Below, piece by piece: positions 28,868-38,774 of a stretch of 64,000 nt of DNA. This stretch comes from a virus (taxonomy: Duplodnaviria > Caudoviricetes). The notes beneath the pieces were generated by a model. It worked only from the letters and a program-made list of their open reading frames with translations, searched no databases and was not told the origin of the DNA. Within the stretch, counting starts at the first letter, position 1. The number at the start of each line of letters is the position of its first letter. The position numbers were made by a program, and so were the translations under genes. The DNA is taken from IMG/VR virus record IMGVR_UViG_3300020577_005688, positions 1 through 64,000 of that record, one strand, 5' to 3'.

Positions 28868-29917
28868 TTACCATTCTCCGTAGAAGTTGTTCACAAACCT
28901 GAACTCAGAGCTCAGACCACCGCCCCAAGCACTTTCGATGTTGATGGCAACCTTCATCCGCATCTTCTTCTCTTCGAAGGAGTTACGGAAGAGTTGAATC
29001 CAAGACTGCAGGAAAGGGGTCTTATCACTGATTCCTACCTGAAGGCCACCGTCAGAGAATGAAAGATGGTTTCTCGTTTGAAGAAGGCCGATGGACTCCA
29101 ACAGGCTCAACACGGTGCCTCGGACCAAGAGGCTCTTTGAGGGGAATGTCCTCAGTGTGTTTCCAGAGAAAGGAGGTGTCGAGTTGTAGTCATCGAGTGC
29201 GTCAAAGATGGCCCAAACGATTTGCCGATTAGTTGATTCTTCACCTGAGATGAGTCGGTTCAGCTCAGGATAGTCACGCATGAATGCACGGACTTGAGCG
29301 ACAAATGCATTGAGCTCCAACTCGGCGCTGGGAATTCCATCACCTGTCGGACCTGCAGCAGAAGAGCCACCAGTCGAGGTAACGATGTTGTTTACGACAC
29401 CCGACGAGAGGGGAATGCTCTTGAGATTGTCTTGAACTGACTCTGGAGATGCGCCGACGGGAGAGTTTGCGAGGAAGGTCACTCCGACGTCTGCATCTGC
29501 TTGTGTTGGAGTGAGAGAGAACAGGTAGGACCGAGCCGCAACAATCGCGGGGGCGGTCAGTACTGAAGTCATCGACCTGTAGTTTCCTGAAGTGATAGTT
29601 GGAGGTGCTCCTGTCCAGAGAGCACCTGCTCCATCTTCAAGGTACCAAACGGAGAATGGAACACTTGGGATTCCAATTCCTCCAGAGATTCTTGCTGGGT
29701 TCGCACCAGCTCCGTTGTTGATGAGGTAGCAGATTCCCTGCTGCTCATGTTGGTCTGTCGGCTGAAAACCGTAGAGCCCGCCTCCAAGTTCAATAATCGT
29801 AGGAGCAGGAGTAACAACTGCACCATTTCGAAGGCAGAAGTCTACAAAGGCTGGAGTTGCTCCGAGGAGAGGAGCTCCAGCATTGTCGTAGAGAGCCCAA
29901 GTAATCGGAGAAGCCAT
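28868..29917 (-). CDS. Putative head-tail adaptor with duplicated N-terminal domains
   Basis: Helical C-terminus (VRAFMRDYPELNRL); two similar N-terminal modules. Confidence 0.55.
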   Translation of the reverse strand: MASPITWALYDNAGAPLLGATPAFVDFCLRNGAVVTPAPTIIELGGGLYGFQPTDQHEQQGICYLINNGAGANPARISGGIGIPSVPFSVWYLEDGAGALWTGAPPTITSGNYRSMTSVLTAPAIVAARSYLFSLTPTQADADVGVTFLANSPVGASPESVQDNLKSIPLSSGVVNNIVTSTGGSSAAGPTGDGIPSAELELNAFVAQVRAFMRDYPELNRLISGEESTNRQIVWAIFDALDDYNSTPPFSGNTLRTFPSKSLLVRGTVLSLLESIGLLQTRNHLSFSDGGLQVGISDKTPFLQSWIQLFRNSFEEKKMRMKVAINIESAWGGGLSSEFRFVNNFYGEW

Positions 29918-29929
29918 TGTGACCTCCGT

Positions 29930-31624
29930 TTATCTACCGACCCAAGACCCGTATGCGTTTACGGGAGTGACTTGAGGAGAGAGTGCGTCAACTGCAGAGA
30001 GAGTATAGTTCGTTCCATCTACTTGGATTTCATTCGTCACAGTTCCATTGAAAGTGATGGTTGTCCCACCAATCTCAATCCTGCCTCCCTTATCGACTCG
30101 GAGAGCAGTTGCGGTATCTGTGAATACACTAGTCGATCCGAGTTTCCAGTGACTGTTACCCGTGATTCGAATGCCAGTGGCGCAATTTGCAATATCGTAG
30201 ACTCCACCCCCTGAGAACGCCATTGAGTCCGCAGTTGGAGTAGAAGGCGTGGTTCCTACAAGAACACCTGTACCGGAAGAACCGGGAGGACAAATGTACC
30301 TACCAGACATCAGTCCTCTTCCGAAAAAGCCACTTGCTTCGAATACATTGGTGCCTGTTGTTTGGGTCTCACTATAACCAGTGCCTGAGAGTGTACCGGT
30401 TCCAACGATCCGAAGAGCAGGCGCTCCTCTAATGAAAGCAGATGCTCCAACAGACAGGACGTATCCTGAACCAGAAGTACCAACTCCAAAGCAAGTCGCT
30501 GCAGACCCGGCACAGTCCACAACAAAGCCGTTTCCAAAAACTCCAGAGCTGCTGAAGAGAGAAGAGCCTCCTTGAATACCAATGACAGAGCCACTGAAGG
30601 AGGGAGGAACGATGAAGCGAGCACCGACAATCAAAAGTGCAGCATTTGAGACACCAAAGATGGTCGACGTCGTCGATGTTCCAGTAATGTTCACATCTGC
30701 AATTGAGACGCCGGACCCAGCAGGACCAGAAGCCGGAACAGACCGTCGAATGGTGTTCCTAATCTCAAACGCCGAGTTCGCTCCTGTTGGATTTCCAGAA
30801 ATTGATGTCTGAGACAGAGTCGTAGACGGAACTCGAATCTCGTAAGGACTTCCAGTCGGAGAAACTGGCATCCCTCCGATGTAAGTAATCGTAGTGCTGG
30901 TGTTTGATACGATTGGCCTACAATTACAGGAACGGGCTCCATTCACACACGCGGTCGCGTCCTGTGCAGTGGCACATACGAAGAGTCCTTTAAGGGCATC
31001 CGTCGCCCAACCGCCACTGACGACAGATACTGAATTCTGCCAAATGTTCGTTCCAGTCACCCAGGTTGCATCTGAGCCAGAGACAGGACCAGCGCCAAGA
31101 GTTGCTGGAACATATCCTGCGCCTCGAATCACCAAATAACCAGAAACATAAAATTCAAAATTCTCAATCAACACTCCTGGCTGAGAAATAACACCAGCAC
31201 TGTGCTCAATGTTGACAGGGTGTTTGATAACTTTTGGAACCTTAGAGAGTGCCCCCATGGTAGAGGCGCATGGAAGATTCGACTGAATGCAGGAGTTACT
31301 GTCATTCCCTCCATCTGGGTTCACATACAAAGTGAGATTAGACACTGTCTCAGAGTTCGTAGAATTCTGGATAGCGTAAGGAGAACCCCCATCAGAGAAA
31401 CCGGTCAAGATGACGGTTCCCTCGAAGGTTGTCCCTGTTCGAAGTGTTGCAATGATACCACCATCAACAAACGTCTTCAGACCTCCAAGAGTCTGAGAAC
31501 CTGTATTGACGAGACCTCTCCGAGACTCCGAAGCATCAGGCGGAGGAGAAGGAGTTGGATTGCCAGCAAGAGCGGCAAACCCAATGACCAAAAGAATCGA
31601 ACTGGCAATTCCAACTCTCTTCAT
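29930..31624 (-). CDS. Beta-helix/fibre-like protein with N-terminal signal peptide
   Basis: GAGG RBS; MKRVGIASSILLVIGFAALA signal; GLV.TG.QT..G.KTF fibre motif; LYVNPDGGNDSN. Confidence 0.7.
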   Translation of the reverse strand: MKRVGIASSILLVIGFAALAGNPTPSPPPDASESRRGLVNTGSQTLGGLKTFVDGGIIATLRTGTTFEGTVILTGFSDGGSPYAIQNSTNSETVSNLTLYVNPDGGNDSNSCIQSNLPCASTMGALSKVPKVIKHPVNIEHSAGVISQPGVLIENFEFYVSGYLVIRGAGYVPATLGAGPVSGSDATWVTGTNIWQNSVSVVSGGWATDALKGLFVCATAQDATACVNGARSCNCRPIVSNTSTTITYIGGMPVSPTGSPYEIRVPSTTLSQTSISGNPTGANSAFEIRNTIRRSVPASGPAGSGVSIADVNITGTSTTSTIFGVSNAALLIVGARFIVPPSFSGSVIGIQGGSSLFSSSGVFGNGFVVDCAGSAATCFGVGTSGSGYVLSVGASAFIRGAPALRIVGTGTLSGTGYSETQTTGTNVFEASGFFGRGLMSGRYICPPGSSGTGVLVGTTPSTPTADSMAFSGGGVYDIANCATGIRITGNSHWKLGSTSVFTDTATALRVDKGGRIEIGGTTITFNGTVTNEIQVDGTNYTLSAVDALSPQVTPVNAYGSWVGR

Positions 31625-31634
31625 GACTGAGTCC

Positions 31635-31928
31635 TCACTTCTTCTTTTTGAACGAGTTGTCCAACTTCTCTTGGGGAGCCGGTTCCTCAATCAGAAGGGG
31701 TACCTCGATCGGGGCGGCCTTTGGGGTCTCGACAGGTCGAACTGGGTCTGGCTTTGGTTCCGGCTTTGACCAGCCCTTTGGAAGAGAACCGAAAGAGAGA
31801 ACACCGGCTTTTTGCAGAGCCAAATCTCGATTCGGAATGAAGTCGATCGCAACCTCTTCGGAACCGTACGGAGCAATAGACCTCCCTCCGTACACGAGCG
31901 TTTGGTCTGTGAGATTGAATACTCTCAC
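31635..31928 (-). CDS. Small Pro-rich hypothetical protein
   Basis: Coupled ORF downstream of the capsid gene. Confidence 0.65.
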   Translation of the reverse strand: MRVFNLTDQTLVYGGRSIAPYGSEEVAIDFIPNRDLALQKAGVLSFGSLPKGWSKPEPKPDPVRPVETPKAAPIEVPLLIEEPAPQEKLDNSFKKKK

Positions 31929-32362
31929 TTGTTCTTTCCTTTCTTCGACTTCGGAGCGTCGACAACTTCCTCAGGAGCAACCTCTGCAACGACTTCCTTG
32001 GCTGCTTCTGGAGCAGGTGCTACTTCCTGAGCAACTTCCTCCACCTTGATTGGCTCCGGGGCCGGAGGCTCAGCAGGCGGGTTCTCCGGAGGCGGGGGAG
32101 GTGGAGGGTCCTGGAGTGGAACGGACGGCTGAACAGTTTCTTGTACTCCGTGTTTCTTGATGACGATGGCACCCGCTTTTTCAAGGCGGGTGAGGTGCGT
32201 CTTATTCAATTCGAACTGTGTCTCCGTGAGCACGATTGGAGGATACCCACGTCGAAAGACCTTTCCGAGAACAACTGGCTCTTCTGCAAACAAAGAAGAG
32301 GTCCTTTGAGCTGTGTTCAGCGACTGACCAGACTTCAATCCGCGATGGATTTCGTAGTGCAT
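31925..32362 (-). CDS. Pro/Glu-rich hypothetical protein
   Basis: GGAG RBS; low-complexity tail. Confidence 0.7.
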   Translation of the reverse strand: MHYEIHRGLKSGQSLNTAQRTSSLFAEEPVVLGKVFRRGYPPIVLTETQFELNKTHLTRLEKAGAIVIKKHGVQETVQPSVPLQDPPPPPPPENPPAEPPAPEPIKVEEVAQEVAPAPEAAKEVVAEVAPEEVVDAPKSKKGKNK

Positions 32363-32378
32363 AAGACTCCAAATTGAG

Positions 32379-32732
32379 TTACTTCGCCTCTGTGTCAGGC
32401 CGTGCTGGGCCCTTTACGATACGGTGTGTCAGGCGTCCTCCGCCATACCCAACGAGAGCGTCACCGGCAGTTCCGACAGCGACTCTTGCGGCCAGTGATT
32501 TCGGGCTTCCAGACGCTTTGAGTGCGATACGACGTGTTTTTGGGTGAGCGAGAATGGCAGCTCGCATCGCAGTACCCACTCCAGCATTTGCGATAGCACC
32601 CCTCTTACCCCATTTGTGGGCACGTTCTTGCTCTGACTCTGCATTTTTCTCAAGATCTAGAAACTCTTGAGCGAGTTCTTCAATCTCGTCAACACTGTAT
32701 CCGTACTCTGCGGCAATTTTTTGAAGTGACAT
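32379..32732 (-). CDS. Acidic-leader/basic Gly-zipper protein (putative capsid cargo)
   Basis: QKIA and EKNA flank an acidic leader; basic Gly/Ala helices follow. Confidence 0.75.
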   Translation of the reverse strand: MSLQKIAAEYGYSVDEIEELAQEFLDLEKNAESEQERAHKWGKRGAIANAGVGTAMRAAILAHPKTRRIALKASGSPKSLAARVAVGTAGDALVGYGGGRLTHRIVKGPARPDTEAK

Positions 32733-32750
32733 TGCGAGTCTCCTGGTAAG

Positions 32751-32784
32751 AAAAAAGGGGAGGAGGAGATCTCTCCTCCTCCCC
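32751..32784 (-). terminator. Intrinsic terminator after the capsid gene
   Basis: GGGGAGGAG stem with a T-run on the minus strand. Confidence 0.85.
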
Positions 32785-32808
32785 TAGTTTAGGACAGGTG
32801 TCTACGAA

Positions 32809-33933
32809 TTAGAACTGGTCGACCGCTGGGACCGTGAGACCGTCATCAGCACGGTTGTTCACAGTGAAGAGGCTCGACTCATCCTTCGGGAGAAGGTTGG
32901 CGAAGCCCGAGTCAGTTGCACCAGGGGTCACGGAACCACCGAAGAGCTCCAGCTTGACGATGGAGGCGATGTTTCCGATACCGATGGCGATGTCTTCCCA
33001 CGACTGCCAGGTGATCAAGTTCGCGATCTTGTCGATGTAGAACTTGGTCTGGTTCAGGACGTAGAAGCGGCCCATGAACTCAGGAGCGGTGAAGCAGTAG
33101 ACGTTACCTTCGCGGAGGAGGTCCGTCTTGATGGTGCGGATGATCTTCAGACCGACAACCGTGTTGGCCTTCCAACCTTCAGTGGCCGTCTCACCAGCGA
33201 TGGTCATACCCACGTCCTGGATGGTCCAGTTCGTGAGATCATCGTAGTCTGGCTCGGTCATGACCATCTGGTTTGCACGCAGACGGCGGCGGTGCAGGAG
33301 CTTCTTGAGCTTCACGAAGTCCGGCTTGAGGATTGGGTAGATGGTGAAGTCGTTGGCACCAGCGGACAGCGTGCCTTCGCCCTTCACAACCGACGCACCG
33401 ACAACCGAGCTGGCGTTGACGTTGGTCACGTTGAAAGCAGTGGCCACGTTGCCGTTGGCGTCGAGCTGGTAGGCCTGGACAGCAGCCTCGATGAAGACGA
33501 GGAACTGACGGTCCTCGATCTCCTGGATGTCCTTCACCGAGTTCTCTTCGATGATCTTGGTGATGGGCATCTCGTAGGCGAGCAGTTCCTGCTCCGTCTT
33601 CTCGAACTTCTCCGACCCGATCGTGAAGAACGGGATCTCAAAACGAGGAGCACGGATGAAGCGGGCAGTTGGCTGACCACGGAAGGTGAGAGCAACGGCC
33701 TTCGAGTTGGGCTCGATGTCGATGATCTTGACCAGGGTGTCGTGGTTCACTGAACGCTGGCACTCCGTCCTCTGGACAGGCTGAGGGGGGAGAATCTTGC
33801 GTGCAAACGAGACTTCACGCAGACGGTCTCGGATGTACGTTCCACCGAACTCGGCAATCTTCTCCTTGCCTTCGGTGGTTGCGACCTTCTCGAAGAAAAG
33901 GTCATTCAGGACTTTGGCTGGGACGGCACTCAT
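32809..33933 (-). CDS. Major capsid protein
   Basis: 374 aa from ATG 33933 (GGAGA RBS); strong codon bias; follows protease/scaffold genes; own terminator; YIRDRLRE.SF.RKILPP N-terminal motif. Confidence 0.8.
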   Translation of the reverse strand: MSAVPAKVLNDLFFEKVATTEGKEKIAEFGGTYIRDRLREVSFARKILPPQPVQRTECQRSVNHDTLVKIIDIEPNSKAVALTFRGQPTARFIRAPRFEIPFFTIGSEKFEKTEQELLAYEMPITKIIEENSVKDIQEIEDRQFLVFIEAAVQAYQLDANGNVATAFNVTNVNASSVVGASVVKGEGTLSAGANDFTIYPILKPDFVKLKKLLHRRRLRANQMVMTEPDYDDLTNWTIQDVGMTIAGETATEGWKANTVVGLKIIRTIKTDLLREGNVYCFTAPEFMGRFYVLNQTKFYIDKIANLITWQSWEDIAIGIGNIASIVKLELFGGSVTPGATDSGFANLLPKDESSLFTVNNRADDGLTVPAVDQF

Positions 33934-33964
33934 GTGTTTTTCTCCGTTCAATTCAGTTAGTGGA

Positions 33965-34450
33965 TTAGACCTTGACGTTGGCCATGTGGACGAAGCGAAC
34001 CTTGCTTCCCGTAATCTTCGACACGTAGCCAACAATGATGCGGTTTGCAGTCGCACCAGTGAGAGCAAGACCACGGCGCACGATGCCGCCAATGGTGATG
34101 TCTTGAACGGTAAGGGCCGAACCAATAACGAGCGAGGTCGTGTTCACGATCTGAGTTTCGGCCTCATACGTGCCGAACATCAGGACGTTCACCTTCTTGA
34201 TTGCCTGAACATCGTAGCGACCCTTCTCAGTGTGAACAGGGAAGACGTTGTACTGAGTTGCTTCGTCTGCCGTTCCTGAGTTGTTATCACCACCACGAGC
34301 AAGCTGGTAGGACGAGTTGAGCTCAAGCCACTCACCTTCAACGAGTGGACGAACCGTGAGAGGAGCAAGCATCGTCTCGTCCGCAACTGGGAAATCGCGG
34401 CGGTGAAGAGTCTGGAGCTCCGTGATGAGTTCAAACAGTGGTGCGGGCAT
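33965..34450 (-). CDS. Putative capsid decoration/cement protein
   Basis: Small beta-rich protein just upstream of the MCP. Confidence 0.55.
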   Translation of the reverse strand: MPAPLFELITELQTLHRRDFPVADETMLAPLTVRPLVEGEWLELNSSYQLARGGDNNSGTADEATQYNVFPVHTEKGRYDVQAIKKVNVLMFGTYEAETQIVNTTSLVIGSALTVQDITIGGIVRRGLALTGATANRIIVGYVSKITGSKVRFVHMANVKV

Positions 34451-34494
34451 TTTGTTGTTTCTCCGTTAGGGTGTGTTTGTTGGTCTTGAGAGCG

Positions 34495-34857
34495 TTAGTC
34501 GATTCCAGCGAGGGAGGCTGCGAAGACATCTTCTGCAGCACTTCCAGAACCTTCAACAACAACTGAACCAGAGTCCGCGATTGAAGCGAGCTTGGTCTGA
34601 GGGGCGGACATGCCGATTGCTTCCTCAACTGCATCAAGGTTGTCCTTGCGCATGAGCGAAGCAACCTTCTCTTCGTAGGAGAGTTCGGGGTTCAGACTCT
34701 TCTCTTCCATCTGAGAAGCAATCTTCTCCACGCGCTCCCTGTGTTCGAAGGCTGCCACCTTCTCCTTCAGTTGCTGGTTCTCTTCTGCAAGAGAACGGAG
34801 CGAACCGGCAGCCAGCTTCATCATTTGACCGACTTGAACGTTGCTGAGCTTATCCAT
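34495..34857 (-). CDS. Scaffold-like coiled-coil protein with KxA sites
   Basis: KLA, KVA, KIA and KLA sites; position before decoration/MCP. Confidence 0.65.
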   Translation of the reverse strand: MDKLSNVQVGQMMKLAAGSLRSLAEENQQLKEKVAAFEHRERVEKIASQMEEKSLNPELSYEEKVASLMRKDNLDAVEEAIGMSAPQTKLASIADSGSVVVEGSGSAAEDVFAASLAGID

Positions 34858-34877
34858 GATTGTTGGCTCCTTTCCTC

Positions 34878-35927
34878 TTACATCATGCCCATTGGCTTCG
34901 GAGGCGTCATTCCAGCACCCATTGCCGGAGCGCCGCCCATGCTCTTCTTCTCCAACTTCTTCTTCTCAAGCGCCTTCTTCAGTTGCTCATGACGAGGATC
35001 CTTTTCATCCTCGGCAATCTTCTGAAGGAGTGCCTTTGCCGCTGCGATCTTCACGCCACCCTTGGAGGCGTTACGCAGATTCTCATGAACCTTCGAGTCG
35101 TTTGCCTTTGAGTACGCAGGCTCAGTCAGGACCTCAGAAAGCATCTTCTTCTGTGGGCCCTTTCCATCAACCTTCTTCATGTTGATAGCAGCCTTGCTCG
35201 ACTCAAGAGGAGAGCGAACGTTGTTTCCGCCCTTTGAGTCAGAGGGAGGAGCAGTCTTCACCTTATCGTCGGTGAGGACCTCACCACCACCCTTGGCCTC
35301 GGCCATCTTGCCGAGAATGAATTCAAGAGCGGCAGACTTCTTCTCCTTCTTCTCGTCTCCCTCTTCCTTCTTCTCTTCCTTCTTAGGCTCTTCCTTCTTG
35401 TCTTCGTCCTTCTTCTTTAGAGCCTGAATCTTTGCCATCACACCTTCAGCGGCTGTCTTGAGGACGCCCTTCTTTGGATAGGCGGCCCCACCTGGTGCCT
35501 TGGCGTGGTCGTTCTGGACTTGAGTAGACGCACCAACCTCAGCCTTCTGCTCTGGGGTGTGCATTGGCACATTGTGAGACTTCGACTTGTCGTGCTTGTA
35601 GGGCTGTGTTCCAGAGACTGGCTTCATCGTTGCCAAGGTCTCTCCGCCCTGCTTCTTCTCTGTCCCAAGGTAGGTTGCATCGGAGGCAATCTTCTCTCCG
35701 ACTTCCTCAAGGGCGGAAGCAAGCTTCTCGACGTCATCAAAGTCGGCAGACGACTTCTTCTCCTTGTCGTCTTCCTTCTTCTCTTCCTTCTTCTTCATGA
35801 AAGGAAGTGCCTTCTTCTCGTCCTTCTTCTCTTCACCCTCTGACGCGATCTTGACCTGAGCGCCAGAAATCACGCTCGAAATCATTTCGTGCAGAGAGAC
35901 TTGACCTGCAAGCTTTGAGTGCATCAT
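34878..35927 (-). CDS. Lys/Glu-rich prohead core-like protein
   Basis: About ten K-x-(A/S) sites; low complexity. Confidence 0.7.
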   Translation of the reverse strand: MMHSKLAGQVSLHEMISSVISGAQVKIASEGEEKKDEKKALPFMKKKEEKKEDDKEKKSSADFDDVEKLASALEEVGEKIASDATYLGTEKKQGGETLATMKPVSGTQPYKHDKSKSHNVPMHTPEQKAEVGASTQVQNDHAKAPGGAAYPKKGVLKTAAEGVMAKIQALKKKDEDKKEEPKKEEKKEEGDEKKEKKSAALEFILGKMAEAKGGGEVLTDDKVKTAPPSDSKGGNNVRSPLESSKAAINMKKVDGKGPQKKMLSEVLTEPAYSKANDSKVHENLRNASKGGVKIAAAKALLQKIAEDEKDPRHEQLKKALEKKKLEKKSMGGAPAMGAGMTPPKPMGMM

Positions 35928-35933
35928 GGTCTC

Positions 35934-36206
35934 CTACAAATCTCCCCTCGGGAATGCGACAGGGGGTGGTTGGATTACTTTCGAACTCTCAGCAAGATCC
36001 GTTGAAGTTGCCGGTTGGGTCGGATCCTTGTGGACTTTGCTGTAATTTGGTTGTTTTGTCGACAGTGCCGTTCCCTTGCGAGAAACTACTTTCGTCACTT
36101 CCCCAACAGTCGCTGGCTTAACTGCAGCCATTCCAATCTTTTGGAGCTCATCTGAGAACCCCATCAACATTTCCAAACTGAGCTTGGGGATGTTGATGGA
36201 ATTCAC
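35934..36206 (-). CDS. Small protein with FSDELQKIG leader
   Basis: Shares the FxDELxKI motif with other cargo-like ORFs. Confidence 0.65.
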   Translation of the reverse strand: MNSINIPKLSLEMLMGFSDELQKIGMAAVKPATVGEVTKVVSRKGTALSTKQPNYSKVHKDPTQPATSTDLAESSKVIQPPPVAFPRGDL

Positions 36207-36260
36207 AGACTCTCCGAATGAATCGTGGGGGAGAGTAATCCCTCCCCCACGAAGAAACGA

Positions 36261-37070
36261 TTACTCGGCTTCAGCCTCTTCCGACTCGAACTCATAGCCT
36301 TCTGCCTGGAGAAGCTCCATTGCACGGGCCTCAACAGCAGCAGCAAGAGCGTCAGCAGGATTCGAAGCGGTCTTCTCTTCGACCTCTGCCTCCTCGTTGT
36401 AGTCGATGCCATTCTCAGCAAGGATCTCAAGAGCACGCTGAGCCGCGAGCGTGTCAAGAGCGGAAACCGCGCTCGACTTCTTGTCCTTGTACTTCTTGGC
36501 CGCAGCTCCAGTACCAACGGCCCCAGCACCAGCAACGCCCAGAGCCTTCACGGAATTCTTGTTTTCCTTGATAGTCCTCTTCACTCCGTGGGTCTTGACG
36601 CTATCCTTGAGGGCAGAAGCAGCCTGACGAGGGCTCTTGGCCATGTACGCGAGGTCCTTGAATCCTCCCTTCACATCCTCCTTGTGACGCTTGAGGTGGC
36701 CCATGACCTTTCCAGCAGTCTCCTTCACTCCTGCCTCCTTCTCGATGTTCCTGAGCTCCTGAACATACGAGTGAGCCATCACGCGGCCGAGGTAGTCAGC
36801 TTCGGCGAGCTTCTCAGAGGCCTGCTTCTCCTCAGTCTCCTCCGTTGCCTCAGCCTCTTCGGTCTCCTCAGCTGCCTGAGTCTGCTCGTCAGCACCCTGA
36901 GCGAGAACTTCCTGAGCGAGGGCCTCGATCTGGTCCTCAGACATGCCTTCGAGGTTGAGGGACTCGTCACCAGCGAGCTTCTCAGCGAGTTGAGCAGCGG
37001 CCACCTTCTCAGTGTCCTGGGTCTGCTCTTCCGAGTTCGTTCCGTAGATTTCTGCGAGACGTGGATCCAT
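36261..37070 (-). CDS. Acidic scaffold/core protein with an internal basic cassette
   Basis: EKVA, EKLA, EKQA, EKEA and EKTA sites; strong codon bias; hairpin downstream. Confidence 0.75.
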   Translation of the reverse strand: MDPRLAEIYGTNSEEQTQDTEKVAAAQLAEKLAGDESLNLEGMSEDQIEALAQEVLAQGADEQTQAAEETEEAEATEETEEKQASEKLAEADYLGRVMAHSYVQELRNIEKEAGVKETAGKVMGHLKRHKEDVKGGFKDLAYMAKSPRQAASALKDSVKTHGVKRTIKENKNSVKALGVAGAGAVGTGAAAKKYKDKKSSAVSALDTLAAQRALEILAENGIDYNEEAEVEEKTASNPADALAAAVEARAMELLQAEGYEFESEEAEAE

Positions 37071-37181
37071 TTGTTTTCTTCTCCGTGGGTATTGCGATTT
37101 TGGGTTGGCCGTCTTTGAGGCTTCTGCCTCTAGGCTGTGAAATCAGACATTCAATTGTCTGCACCGTTTACTTCGTTGAGG

Positions 37182-38762
37182 TTACCTCTCAGTGTATGCG
37201 CCCTGCAAGTACGTCACTGAATCGGGAGATAGGATTGAAGCGGTAGTGGCTGTCTTGTCAAACAGACTCGACAGGCGCACTCCGTAAACCTGCTCTCTCA
37301 ATGTTGGGTCGCTCTCAACCACTGCCTCAACCTTTGAAATCTTCGTCATGATGTTTTGCCTATAACCGTTATAGGCAGCACTGACTTTATCCAAGAGAGG
37401 ATGTTCGATTGGTTTACGGGTGGGAAGAGGGATTTTTTCTACCGAGACCCTAATGGAACGGTGCTTGAGAGGTTCGCCGAATCCGGAACGGGAACTGAGG
37501 TAGGGCTTGAGCAACTCAAGGAGTCGTGAGCCATGAACAGATGGGTCCGCGTCAAGCATTGAGTTGACACCTTCAACTCGTCTAAACACACCGTTACTTG
37601 AATCAAGCTCATCAGCAAAGTCCCTTTCACCCATTCTAATGAGGACAATCCTCTGGAACTCGTGGGGCTTGAGAACAATACCAAGTCCCATGGAGTTTCC
37701 AACGATTTCCTTCAAAGGATGGGTCTCCGCCATCTCATCCAAGGTCTCTGGCTTGATGTCTGGCTCGGAAGCCTCCAAAGCTGGAAGGACCTTCTGAGTG
37801 AAGTGACCTGCAGGAACCTGCTTCACGATTTCGCTTGTCTTGACTGAGAAGCCTTCGGCGAGCTTTTCGAATGGGTCGCATGTTCCACACCCACAAGCAC
37901 ACGAGGCTGCAGCAGCTTTGAACATTCCAGCGAGAGAAGGAGAGTTACCTGCAGTGACCTCTTGGACATGAGCGGAAAGAGATGGGACAGCACAGATGTC
38001 TCCAAGGCAAATCACATCTCCCCTTGATGCCACCTTCGCCATCACCTTCGCAGTTTTATCAGCTCCAATGAATACGAAGCTGATGTCGAAGAACTTTGGC
38101 TGCGTGTTGATGACGTAGATTCTGCGGCCATCTGGGAGAATCTTGTTTGGGCCATAGACGCTCCGGAGTTCCGGAGGAGGCATCATGTGCTGACAGTAAT
38201 CGAAACGCGTCTTCGACTTCTGACCACAGATTGAGCAAACGTCGAATGGGACCTTGCACCCCATCGACACGTCTGGGAACTCACCACCTTCGATTCTGGT
38301 GATGATGCCGTCAGCCTGCTCTTCTTTTGCTTTCGCCCTATCAAGTCGAACAATCAGTTCGACTCTCTTCATCGGATGGTTCAGTACAGAGAGAACTGGA
38401 ACACCGAATGCTCTGGTTGGGTCCTTGTTCTTGTGGTGCTGATAAGCGTGGGCAAAGGTCTCAAACGTCTTGTAGCCGTAGTCGTTGCCTTCATGAGCCA
38501 AGGCATTCCACGGAAAGAAGTCTGCATTGATGTTCGAGCCGAAGTACTCACCAGCACCCAAAGCATTCACCAGGACGTAGACGTGCTTCTTTCTGTCCTC
38601 TTTGGTGAGCTTTGAGATGTATTTCCTCAGAGCGTCTCCAGTCTCCCAGTCAGCAAATGGAGGAGCTCCTGCCTGCTTCTCAAAGGCCCCACTGGAGCCG
38701 AAGAGAGACTGACAGAAGATCCCCATCTCAGTCTGACCTTGAAACTGAATCTGCTTATCCAT
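37182..38762 (-). CDS. Prohead (capsid maturation) protease with Zn-finger insert
   Basis: QHH, DVSMGC, CSICG...CQH and FFDISFV..GAD motifs of the HK97-type protease fold; upstream of scaffold/MCP. Confidence 0.75.
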   Translation of the reverse strand: MDKQIQFQGQTEMGIFCQSLFGSSGAFEKQAGAPPFADWETGDALRKYISKLTKEDRKKHVYVLVNALGAGEYFGSNINADFFPWNALAHEGNDYGYKTFETFAHAYQHHKNKDPTRAFGVPVLSVLNHPMKRVELIVRLDRAKAKEEQADGIITRIEGGEFPDVSMGCKVPFDVCSICGQKSKTRFDYCQHMMPPPELRSVYGPNKILPDGRRIYVINTQPKFFDISFVFIGADKTAKVMAKVASRGDVICLGDICAVPSLSAHVQEVTAGNSPSLAGMFKAAAASCACGCGTCDPFEKLAEGFSVKTSEIVKQVPAGHFTQKVLPALEASEPDIKPETLDEMAETHPLKEIVGNSMGLGIVLKPHEFQRIVLIRMGERDFADELDSSNGVFRRVEGVNSMLDADPSVHGSRLLELLKPYLSSRSGFGEPLKHRSIRVSVEKIPLPTRKPIEHPLLDKVSAAYNGYRQNIMTKISKVEAVVESDPTLREQVYGVRLSSLFDKTATTASILSPDSVTYLQGAYTER

Positions 38763-38774
38763 CGAGGTCACCAA

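Noticed and set aside
33934-34125. N-terminal extension of the 438-aa MCP ORF
   Set aside because: It overlaps the 33965-34450 gene; an RBS supports ATG 33933.
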